Assembly: GCA_013239625.1 (NCBI GenBank)
Contig: MU053431.1
Span: 1,514,485-1,578,484, forward strand
DNA from: Lama guanicoe
Lineage: Eukaryota
Direction: 5' to 3'
Length of the DNA: 64,000 nucleotides
Shown: positions 35,986 to 46,700 of the stretch, in pieces
Position numbering within the stretch: position 1 is the first letter of the stretch
Layout: the number at the start of each line of letters is the position of its first letter
Translations under genes and position numbers: made by a program
The notes under the pieces: generated by a model
The model's database searches: none
The model's input: only the letters and a program-made list of their open reading frames with translations
What the model was told of the DNA's origin: nothing

Positions 35986-37099
35986 CCATACTACTTACTC
36001 TGGTGAATAAGGAAGACTCTCAAAGATCTCCCCACACTGCCTCTCCTTTCTGGTGCTGTCTCGTCTCTTGTCTTCCAACTACAGATCTCTTGGTCAGCAG
36101 GCCTAGCTGGGCTGACCCACACGCAGACACAGACAGGAAGGCCAGCTGTGCAGACCCCCAACCACAAACAGAAACACGCAGCATCCCTGCACGTGCTGGG
36201 GGCCCTGGAGAGCACACACCTTTCAGGGATGGCATGAACACTGAGAGTCCTAACTGCCACCCGACAGGGACCTGAGTGGGGAAGCGATGTGGGAGCTGAG
36301 GCTTGGAGGCTGGAGAGGGCTTGCCAAGCAAAGGGCCGTCTGTATGTCAGAGGCCACTGCCGGGCTCGGCCACGGGCAGCAGGGGCAGGCAGGAGTCCAC
36401 CCCAAGGGGCCTCGTGCCTCATCTGTGAGATGAAGTCCCAAAGGATGTTTTAGCCGAGAGACTGTGGGCACACTCCCAGGAACATGGGCAGGGGGACGCG
36501 GGGAAATTGGCTCTGCAGTCTGGGGTTTTTCTGTTTTCTTCCTTAACAGACCCCTGCCACCAGCAACGGGCCTGGCTGGGCTCCTCTCGTCACTGCTGCT
36601 CTGCGGAGGAATGGAGTGGGGGTGAGTGGGAGGAGGGGCTGCGGTGGGAGTGGGTTTTGGGGAAAGGGCGGAGGGTGCGGGGCAAGGGCTGTGGGGGCGT
36701 CTGACCGGGTTCTGCCACTCAGCTTGGCCAGGCTTCCTCCCTGCTCAGGCCTCGGCTTCTGTATCCTAGGAGGGCGCCCCCCACCCGAGCCCTGCCGTCC
36801 TCTCTCCCTTGCCTGGGGCTTCGTCCCGGCCACCCTCAAGACCCCACGGGCTCTCCGCGCCCGCTGCTCTTCTGCCCCTCGTGTGTCCATCTTCGCGTTG
36901 CCTCGCCCGTCCCCGGGGGAGCGTTCCCCGGCGTGGCCCGCACCTCCCACGTTCACATGAACACGGTCCTGCGGGGCGGCCGTGGGCACCAGCTGGGCCT
37001 GGCGGCGGGAAGCGTGCACTCCGGGTGAAGCCCACTACGGCGGGGACACGCCCGCCGGCACGCCGACTGGCCCTCGCGACCCAGGCTGTGGCCACACCG

Positions 37100-37290
37100 G
37101 CGCTTCCGGACTCCGACACAGCTTCGCGGACGCCCGAGGCTTCCCGCCCCGGAAACGGAAGTGAGTCACGGGCAGGCCGCGCTCCCTGCGCAGACTCGCC
37201 GCGGCGTGCGGGACCCGGAAGTACTCGCAGAGGTCCCGCCTCGCCAGCCAATAGAGCTGCCGGGGAAAGCGCAGCTTCCTTCCCGCCCTC
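37100..37290 (+). promoter_or_regulatory. RPS21 core promoter: ETS/GABP sites, AP-1, CCAAT box, TCT/5'TOP initiator
   Basis: CTTCCGG 37103, tandem CCGGAAACGGAAGTG 37149-37163, TGAGTCA 37162, CCGGAAGT 37215, CCAAT 37248, pyrimidine tract CTTCCTTCCC 37275-37284; typical ribosomal protein promoter within a CpG island (~36750-37720). Confidence 0.85.
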
Positions 37291-37464
37291 GCGCTCGTCC
37301 TGCTGCCAGTCTGGGCTGGAGACCGCGCGGCCGGGGTCGGGGCTTAGCCGGGAGGGACGTAAGCGCGCGGGGTCGGGTCGGGCCGGGCCGGTCGGTCGGG
37401 GCGGGGGGGCTCGCCGACACGGCCGGTCCTCACGGCGCCGCGCTTGGTCCCGCAGGCCGCAGTC

Positions 37465-37514
37465 ATGCAGAACGACGCCGGCGAGTTCGTGGACCTGTAC
37501 GTGCCCCGGAAATG
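37465..37514 (+). CDS. RPS21: RPS21 coding exon 1 (exon 2; acceptor probably at 37455)
   Basis: gtc[21 protein letters not shown]|GTGAG. Confidence 0.97.
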
Positions 37515-38362
37515 GTGAGCGCCCCGCACCGTCCCGCTCCGGCCCCTCCACCCCCCCTCTGCCCGGCCCTCTCCCCGCTCACTGCGCTTCCCCCGCAGCT
37601 CCGCCAGCAATCGCATCATCGGCGCCAAGGACCACGCGTCCATCCAGATGAACGTGGCCGAGGTGAGCCGGGCGGCGGGAGGGCCTGCCGGCTGGGGAGG
37701 GGGCGGGTCTGTGCCGGCCTGAGCGTTGATTCCCAAACCCCAGATTTAGATCTAAAGGCACTTGGGTGCGCCTCCTTGTGACCCTCATTCTCAATTTATA
37801 GGTCGACAAGGTGACAGGAAGGTTCAACGGTCAGTTTAAAACCTATGCTATCTGCGGGGCCATTCGCAGGATGGTGAGTGTCCTCGGCCTTGCCCACCTG
37901 GGGGGGCCTTTGAGCAGGAATGGCATCTCCCTCCTTGTCCTCAGGCCTGAGCAGGTTTGTTGGCAGAATAGACTCGAGCCTGTTGGACTGGACTCTGCGG
38001 TCCTTTCATGGTGGTGGAAAAGGGGTGCTGAGGGCCCAAGGAAGGGCCCCCCTGAGAAAGCACTCAGGCAGGCCTTGACCTTGGAGCTTCCCAGTTAGCA
38101 TAGGCTCTCTCAGGTCCCCAGGGCCTCCCCTGCACAGTCAGGTGTCTGCCCACTGCTAGGGTGTCCTCACTTGAGCCAGCTGTGGAGATGGCCCCAGTGT
38201 GCTTTTTTCCCTCTAGGGCGAGTCAGATGACTCCATTCTCCGACTGGCCAAGGCCGACGGCATCGTCTCAAAGTAAGAGAGCTGGAGTTTGGGCAGAGGT
38301 CTGGGACGTCTCTAGAAATCAGGTTTTAACATTGTCCTTCCTTTTGTTCTAGGAATTTCTGA
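37465..38362 (+). CDS. RPS21: 40S ribosomal protein S21 (eS21), 83 aa, complete
   Basis: join(37465-37514,37599-37662,37802-37873,38217-38272,38353-38362) = [83 protein letters not shown]; all introns GT-AG. Confidence 0.99.
37599..37662 (+). CDS. RPS21: RPS21 coding exon 2
   Basis: [22 protein letters not shown]|GTGAG. Confidence 0.97.
37802..37873 (+). CDS. RPS21: RPS21 coding exon 3
   Basis: TAG|[24 protein letters not shown]|GTGAG. Confidence 0.97.
38217..38272 (+). CDS. RPS21: RPS21 coding exon 4
   Basis: TAG|[20 protein letters not shown]|GTAAG. Confidence 0.97.
38353..38362 (+). CDS. RPS21: RPS21 last coding exon (KNF*)
   Basis: TAG|G AAT TTC TGA followed by AATAAA at 38400. Confidence 0.95.
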
Positions 38363-38399
38363 GACTGGAGAGGATCATGGATGTGGGATGTTTGTTATA

Positions 38400-38405
38400 A
38401 ATAAA
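38400..38405 (+). terminator. RPS21 polyadenylation signal AATAAA
   Basis: 37 nt after the stop, followed by GT-rich downstream element (GTGTTGTTT ~38422). Confidence 0.9.
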
Positions 38406-38547
38406 CAGTGAAAACCCATCAGTGTTGTTTCATCCTGTGCCTGTGTGGGGACACGCCTGTGGGCTCTGGAGGGGCCGGCATTTTGTTGTTAATGGTTCAC
38501 CAGGGCTGATCAGCTGAAGGCCTAGGAAGCATGTTGCAAAACCAAAT

Positions 38548-38553
38548 TTTACT
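38548..38553 (-). terminator. Candidate CABLES2 polyadenylation signal (variant AGTAAA)
   Basis: Only PAS-like hexamer I found on the minus strand between the CABLES2 stop and the RPS21 3' end; would give a ~2.05 kb 3'UTR. Confidence 0.45.
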
Positions 38554-40582
38554 TAAAGGACAAATACATCACTGTTTGCAAACTTCCGTGACACACAATT
38601 TGACATTGAGGTCCAACAGCCTGCTTAGAACATTTAAATCCACAGTGCCTGCTGGGGACTGAGGGGGTGGCACCAGGCCCTTGGACGTAGGGACAGCTGG
38701 GCTGGCTCTAGAGGGAGAGGGTTTAGGCTGAAGTTTGCCTTAAATACTGGCTTTGCTCGAGTACCACACGGTGGCAGCTCTTGCATTGTTAAAAATTACG
38801 CACTAAGGGGAAGGTTACAGGAGGGTTTGGTAAACGATTAAATGTCACTACATAAACATTCAAACTTAAATTACTGTATCAGCCGTTCCGTTTGTATAGA
38901 AATTCCCAAGGTGTGTCCCTCAAGGGTAAGTGTAAACCAGGACATACGTTTTGGAAGTCAGTCCCTTGCAGTGCTTCTAACAGGAGTGTCACTAAGACTT
39001 GAGACGCTGTGGTGGCAGGACAGGTCACTTTCCAGAAGAGTTGCCTGGGGCATAGCAGCTTCATCCTCCAGGCCCCCCTTGGTGCACGTCGGGGTTTGGG
39101 GGGCCATCTTGGGGAGGCAGGGAAGAGGCACTCCTCAATAAGGGTGGGATACAGATTTGGGCTTCAAGCGCCACCCTACAGTCTCCCAGAAAGTGAGCGA
39201 CTGAGGAAGGAGGAGCAGCAGCCAACAGGGTGGGAGTGGGTCTGCAGGTGGCCCCCTGCACCTCTACTGCGGTCTAGGCCAAGTTGCTGGTGGTTGAGTG
39301 CAGTGATGAGGGCTGGCATCTCCCTGCTGCAAAAGCACCAGTCTGCACGGATGGCATGTAGGGCGGGCTGTCCTGGGCCCCTCCAGTGACAGGTTGATAG
39401 GACAGCAATGGGGAAGCAGCTTAACGGCCCAGCCAGCCAGCATGGTCCTTTCTTAGAGCAGCTGACCCATGAAGGGAGAAACTCCAGTCCTCGGACTTCG
39501 GTATTTCTGGTGGGGCCATGAGCGGAGAGGGCGCGGAGGAGCTGACGTGGGCACAGACCTGCCCTCGGGGTCTGCTTGGGGCAGGCTGCACTGGCCAAGG
39601 CGCTGCTTCCTCCTGCCCTGGGGGAAGGCACGGGCACCAACCCCCTGGGGAGGCAGGGCTGTGAGGTTAGTCTCCCTGCTCGAGGGTCAAGTGTGGTTCA
39701 AGTCACAGCTTCGGCAGACTTCATTTAACCAGTTTTTGTTGCCTTAAAAAAAACCCACATCCTAAATGACAATAAACAAACTGTTTCCTCCATAATATTG
39801 CTTAGAAGATCAAGAGCCGGCAGTCCCATCGTCCTGAGGGCTCCCAGTGTCCCGGGCAAGAGGGCTTTTCCTGGTGAGAGGCGAAGGGTGGACCCCGCCT
39901 GCGGTGGGCGAGGGTGTTGAGGGGTGTGACACAGGAGTTCACAGTGACGCGATCCTCAGACCAGGTCCAAGAGTAGAAGACGAGATCAAGCAAACCAGAG
40001 CCTGCCCTCGTGGCTGAGGCTGATGCCCGAGCTCTGCCTGTGGGCTGCGGGAGGTGAGTGGCCAAGCCCCAGGGGCTGGGCGGGACTGGGAGGCAGCCGG
40101 GCCGATGGGGCGGGGCTGGGGAGGCCACGTTCCACAGTGCAATTTCCACACCGACCGGAACCAGCCAAGACTGATGCTTCAGCAGGTGAACTCAGCACTT
40201 CAGTGTGTTGAGGGAGATCTGGAGGTGCTCGTGCTGTGGCCACGGCAGCCTGCAGAAGGCCGGGGCACGCCCAGCAGGAAGGAGACGCTGCGAAGTCAGG
40301 ATTCGCTGCCACGCGCCGCCAACCAAAGCTCTGGTGCCAGACGGTCTCGGGCACAGGGAGAAAAGACACAGTGACAGCCCCACGTTCCGCCCCTGGGAGA
40401 TCACAGGAAGGTGCTCGAGAGAGAGCGGTGGCGCGTGTGCGCTGGGATGAGAGCGGAGTCCCCAGGAAGCAAGGCTGGGAAGGAGGAGCAGCACCAGCCA
40501 GGAAGGCCGGGCGTCCGCACCGCAGGGCCCAGAGCCGCCCCGGGCCCACGCGCGTGCTGCGGCGCCGAGGTGCCGGGCCAGG

Positions 40583-40723
40583 CTAGAACTGCTGCGTGAG
40601 ACGTCGGTAATGAGGCAACACCTGGCTCTCGGGAAGGTACAGAGCGAGTTCCAAGGCCACGAGCACGGTGAACTCAAACCCGATGAGGTCCCGTCTGTTG
40701 AATCGAAACCTCTCTTCCAACTT
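40583..40723 (-). CDS. CABLES2: CABLES2 exon 10 coding part
   Basis: [49 protein letters not shown]. Confidence 0.97.
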   Translation of the reverse strand, partial: KLEERFRFNRRDLIGFEFTVLVALELALYLPESQVLPHYRRLTQQF

Positions 40724-43700
40724 CTGTGTTGAAGAAGAGCAGGGCGAGGCGGGCTGAGCGGCGGGTCCCCGCCCGGGGGGCCAGGCTGGGCGAGGGCGGG
40801 CAGGGGCAGGTGGGCAGGGCGGGGTGGGGACGGTGGGGCGGCCACTCACGTCGATGAGCTGCTTCACGCCATTCCTGCGCAGGTCGCTGCTGATCTTGGC
40901 GGCCAGCAGCACGCAGGCGCCCGCGCACAGCTTGCGGGTCTGCTTGTTGAGCTTGCCCTGCAGGACCAGCTTCTCGAAGTACACGTAGGCCATGGACACC
41001 GTCACGGGCTCCAGGCCGCACTCCTCAGACAGGTTCCGCATTTCTCGCTTTAAACTGTGGGTTCACAGAGCCAAGGCTGGGGGGCCAGGAGTGCCTACAC
41101 CCTCCTGAGGGATGTGCCTCCCAGCACCCTTCCCCGAAGGGCAGGGCCCAGCCCCAGGGCCGGCTGGGCGGGCAGCAGGCCAGTCCTGGCCTCCACTTGC
41201 CCCTCGCTGGGGCTTGTGGCACCCAACTGTCCTCAAGGGGGCCCCACAGAGGACAGAGCAGGGCGTGGGCCAGTGTGGGGTGCGACTGGCAATGCAAAGG
41301 CCCTGAGGCATGGGTGTGCCGCAGTGGAGTCTGGACCAGGCGCTGTGGGGCCTTGGTTTCCTCCCCTGGGAGGGGGGACGGTCACAGCGGGGATGGTGCA
41401 GTGGGTGCCAGCGAGGAGGGCGCCGTGGGAGTAGGTGCGACATGCGCTGGGGGCCTGCCTGGGGGAGGCCGCGAGGGGGCTGCTGCTGCTGGCTTGGCCG
41501 GAAGGCATGCGGGTGGGCTTGGGAGGGGCGCCTCTGGGTTTGTCCAGCTCAGGAATCCACCCGAAACGGGAGGTGAGGCCCGTGTGCTGCTGCGGTGGGC
41601 CCGGGGATGCCTGCCTCGGCCCTCCTCACCTCCTGATTTTGCTCAGCGTCAGCTTGATGTGTGGGAACTTCTCCCGGAAGGTCTCGTTCATATCCTTCTT
41701 GAGGTCGGAGGGTTTCACGTACTCTATCACCGTGGTCTGCAACAGAGAGGGGCCAGGCCCAAGCAGCCAGGCGCCCGGTTGAGGCCTGAGTGACTTGGGG
41801 CGAGGGCTGACCCGGGTGCGTGGCAGCACCGCTTCCCGACGCACGCGCCCCTCGGCGCAGCCCAGCCCCAGCGGCGGCCCCGTACCATGTAGGACGCGAA
41901 GATGAGGACACGCTTGTGCTTGCCGCAGGGCCACTGAGGGTCATCCAGGAGGTCGGGGTTGTACTCTAGGGTATCCCCTGCGTCAGTCCCTGCAAGCAGA
42001 GGGCAGCCCTGACCCACCATGAGCCCTGTGCCCTGGTCAACAGCTTGTGCCAACTCGAGCCTCGGTCAGAAGCTGTCTGGAGCCAGGGAGCAGCTGGGGC
42101 TGAGGGCGTCACTGTGGACCAGGGGAGTGACACTCGGGGGTCCAGGGGCTCCCCCTCCCCTAGAGCTGAGTGGGAGGATGGACGTCCTGACAAGGAAGGA
42201 CCCACAGAGCCATCAGTGGACCCCACTCCCCAAGCCTGGACTGAGCACTGTGGACTCCAGTGTGACTCACTGGTCTGCCTGCCACGTGGCGCCCCTGGTC
42301 CAGCGCCTGTGGCTGCTCGCCCTGCACGGTCAGAGCCCTCAGGCTACCTAGTTCCGGGCCGGCTGGTGTTGCCCTGGCAGGGGCTGGTTTACATCTTGAC
42401 CCCGGCAGAGTGCGGGGGACGCTGGGCCGGGGCGGAGGCGGCGGGCCATGGCTGTCTGGCTTGAGTGTCACCAGGGCATTGGTGGGGTACAGGAACTTGG
42501 CGTAGGACACAACCTGGAAAGGCAGTGGGTTGGGCTCAGCCCCATGACCCCATCCAAGACCAGAGGTCAAGCCAGCTCCCCTCTGCTCCTTCCTGTGGCA
42601 GGAAGGCCCTGCACAAACGCTCCCACATGCAGACCAGGAAGGGACCCTGGCGGCTCACGCCGCCAGGACCGCCGCTGATCGCTCCGCGAGCCCCCCATCC
42701 CTCACCTGGGGTCTGGAGCCAGGAGCTTCATCCTGCCTCCAAGCCCCGACCTCCCACACCCTCACCACCCAGCTGCCGGGGACAGCAGGCTCGCCCCACA
42801 GGCTGCGTGGCTCCCTCCCACGGATACCTTGCATTTTAGAAACTTGAACTGAAACAACCTTGAGCCCACCTCCTGGATACACTAAATCCCCCCACTGCTG
42901 AGTACAGCACCAACTCTTACCTTTCCATCCGCTCCCAACTCGACACCTTCCAACTGAAACACCATCTCTGAAGACACAGAAATGCCGCCGGACGGGTGCC
43001 TCTGCTTCTGGCTGTCCCCCCGCAGGTCACTGCAACGCACAGAGCGGGGTGAGCTGCTGGGCCCCCCACCTCCCCATACAGGCTCTCCCGCTGCCGCGCC
43101 CTCCGTGCCTGCCCAGGTGACACTGGTTTTCTCACTGTGGGAAGAGCAGCACTGGCCTCAGCGGCGACACAGGGAAGGACCCCTGTCGCAAGGACTGTCC
43201 GCAACCTGCTCCTTCCCGGGGCACAGGCACTTCCTGTTCACACTCCCTGGAGGTGGGCCAACCTCCACTTCATCCAGCTCGCTCCCCAGGTGTGTGCCCT
43301 CCACCCGCAGCCACGTCCTCGGCCAGCTTGGCTCAGCCCACGGGGGTAGAAGGCTTCCTCCCGGCCTGTTCTCGTGCCAGGTCACACTGTCCCCACCCTG
43401 ACAGCCATATCCCTCTCCCTAGTTACGCGGGGACACAGCTGCCTGGACTGGTCACAGGGACGTACGGCAGTGTCCTGGCTGGAGGGACGTCCCAGGCACC
43501 TGCATTCAGCAGCTCACACGAGATAACAAGTGCGGACATGCCCCTCCCAGAGAACCTGGACCCAGATGGCCTTCAGAACTCCCGAGAAGCTTCGGTGGAA
43601 GCTGGTCTGCTGGCCCCTATGTGAGGCTGCCACGAGTGGATGCAGCCAGACCAGGCCCCTGCCGCGTGGGGACCAGCCTCTCACCTGACCCGCAGGCCTT

Positions 43701-46700
43701 CTCCGTACGGCAGGACTGAGAAGGCCGCACACAGGGACCTCTTGGCACAGATCAGCACGATCCTGAGGGGAGGATGGGGGTTAGAACAGGGCAGCAGGGG
43801 TTTCCAGGGGTCCTTCCTGCCTAGACTCAGGTGATGGGAACTGCCCCAGTGTCCTGGGGGCTCTCAGGTCAGGAGGCCCAGGGCACGGGGTGAGTCCACC
43901 TGGCTGCTAGCTCTCCCTGGTTTCCTCCAGGCACTCAACAAAGGCATCAGGTCTTGTCCAGTCAGTGAGCACGCAGCCTCCACATGATGCGCTACATGGA
44001 GGGCCATGCCTGGCCCCGTGCAGGTGGAGGCCAGGCTTTGGAGGACATGAGAGACAGAGGTGCCCAGAGGATGTTCAGTTCAGGGAGTCTGTCCTCAGCA
44101 TCCTGGAGGGACAGGACCCTAACAGGTCCAGAAAGTGCCCAGTTCTATGTTCTAAGCCAAACTGTCCTGAGGGGCCATTGCGTGAGGGACACAGCAGGAA
44201 GGATGGCCCTCCCTTTCCTCTGGGCACAGCTCTGCCTGGCCCAGCCTCAGTCTAGCAGGGAAGACAACAGTGGGAGACCCACTGCCCTTTCCTGGCTGTG
44301 ACAACTGGGCACTGGGGCCCCCTGAAGCCAGCTCAGTACTCAGGCCCAGAGCCTGCTCCTCATACCAGGCCACACCTGTCCTGCTGGGGACCATGCTGGG
44401 GCGTCAGGGACTGTCCAAGCTACGGCCACCTCTGGGAAGACACAGCACTCCCTGACCAGGGCTGCCTGCTGGAGGCCTGCGCACGGCCTCCAGCAGGAGA
44501 AGGGTCTGGGGACCCTCTGGGTCAGGAGAACGAGGATGATGCCTCAGGGCCTGCAGGGTGGGGTGTGAAGGATGTGGGGTATGAGGGACATGGGGCGTGA
44601 AGGACAGGTGACAGGAGCGGCCCCCAAAGGCCCCTCACCCAGCACCCACAGACACAGGGCCTCCGAGGGCTGTGCTGGGCCCCAGCTGCGCTCTGCACCC
44701 CAGTTCCAGGAGGACAGGTCCCCTCTGTGCTTCCCAAATAGAGCAAGGCCTTCTCTCCTGGACGCCCCTGCCCGTCCCCACTATCTCCACTGTGCCTGCA
44801 CCTCAGCACGCCTGCTCAGTGGTGGTCCCTGCTGGGTGGCTCCTCACCCAGGATGCACCATGGGCCCTGGAGCTCAGTGAATGTGGGGAGTAGGGTAGGG
44901 AGGTGACGGGGAGGAGGGTCCACTTCTAAAAGGACATGGGGCGGGCTGTGGGGATGAGACTTGTGCACTGAAGGAAGAAAGGGCTGCTGACGAGGGTAGC
45001 TTGGGGCCGCCAGGTTCGGGGCGTGGAGGGCCGCCCCGGCCTCGGCCGCCGGGTTCGGGGCGCGGAGGGCAGCCCTGGCCTTGGCCGCCAGGCGGTACCT
45101 GCTGCTCTTGGTGTCGTACTGCCTCATGTTCTTGATGAAGTGAGTCTTCTTCAGGCCTTTGTGTCTCGGGGACCCGGATATGTGTTTTGTCCTGCAGGTG
45201 AAAAGCAGGTCACTCTTCCCCTCTGGGACTCTCTCTGGCCCTAGGTGAGTGGCCGGGGCACAGGCCGCGGGGCGGGCAGCCGCAGGGCTCCTTACCGCTG
45301 AACCGAGGCACATCCCACTGTGTCTTCCAGAAACTCGAGGGAGCAGCGCTGGGAGGCGACGCGCCTTCTGTGAAGAGGAAACCGCGGGGCCTTAGGATAC
45401 ACACCGGGGGCTGCCCTGCAGGTTCTGCTGCAGAACCAGGGCCACAGGCCCCACAAGGTGCCATCTGCTACTCAGGTACCAGGCTCCCCTCTAGGAAGGG
45501 AGGCCCCCAGGCCACGGGGACAGAAGGCCATGGGGTCTGCGGAAAGGTCTGCGTGCTGGGCAGGGCCACCCAAGGGCCAGAGTTTGCTAGAAGAATCTGA
45601 GGGGGACGCAGAGCTGTGGCCAGCTGTACCCTGGTCTGCGGCCGCCTCTTGGAGTTCAGCCCACGGGTCCCAAGAGCGCTCTCAGGCCCAGGACTGGTGG
45701 GGCAGGCCACGCTGGCCCACAGCGGGCTGGAGGCAGGGAGAGACACTTCTGTAAGGTCTCTGCAGGTTTGAGGGCCCAGGTGGAAGCCCCGGGAAGGGGG
45801 CGTGGTGGGCTGGGTAAGGTCCAGTGGTAGCTCTGCAGGACTGGCCCTCAGGTGAGCACCTGTCCTGCCAACCCTCCTCTGCCCACCTGGGGGTGCAGCA
45901 GCCAAGAAACCCGTCTGGAGCCATCACCAGTGCTGACAGCCCTGCCTCGGCCCCACAAGGGCCCTGTACACACCCCACCCCAGTCCCCAGCACAGGACAC
46001 CCAGGAGCATTTGGAGGCGACCCAGCCTGCTCGCTGTCTGCCCTCCGCTCCCTGCACGCACCACAGCCCCCCACCAAGGGCCCCCAGAGCGCTGTTCCTT
46101 TGGTCTGGAATCTTCCTTCTCCAGCTCCTCCAGTGGCTATGTCCTCCCTGACTTTGGGCTCAGCTCTTATGTGGCCCTCACTCCCTCCAGGGCAGCTGCA
46201 GCCCTGGCACCATCACTCTCCTGGGACCACTCGTGCCTGTCACCTGGCGGGAGACACCGGACACCGTGCTTGGCACTCTCCTGCCTCCATCCCCAACCGA
46301 GCATCAGAGCAGCCAATGGGTTTCGCATCAGCCAACAGCTCCTCCTCGCCATGGTCTAGGCCCAGCGGCGGGGATTCTTCTTGGAGCAAAGCCCTGCCCA
46401 GTGACAGGGAGCAGAAAGCCTGTTAACTAGCACTTCCACCAGACCCGTGCTGAGGAGGCTCTGAGCATCTGGGCATGAGGCCCTGTGGGCTGGGGGCACA
46501 GCCTTAGCCACTCCTCAGGAGGGGACACATGTGGCCTCAGGTCAGGCCTGAGACTGAAGCCCAGAGACCCACAGATGTGCTGGGTGGCCAGGGAGGAGCG
46601 CGTCCCAGTACCCACAGGTGACTGAGGACTAGCCGCCCGATGACAGGGGCTCCTACCAGCCCTCTGAGGTGGGGAAGGTGCTAGGGTTGTCCCAGAGACA

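Noticed and set aside
37515-38352. Intronic snoRNA in RPS21
   Set aside because: I recognised no paired C/D boxes with a terminal stem or H/ACA layout in these short introns; a snoscan or Infernal run would be needed to exclude it fully.
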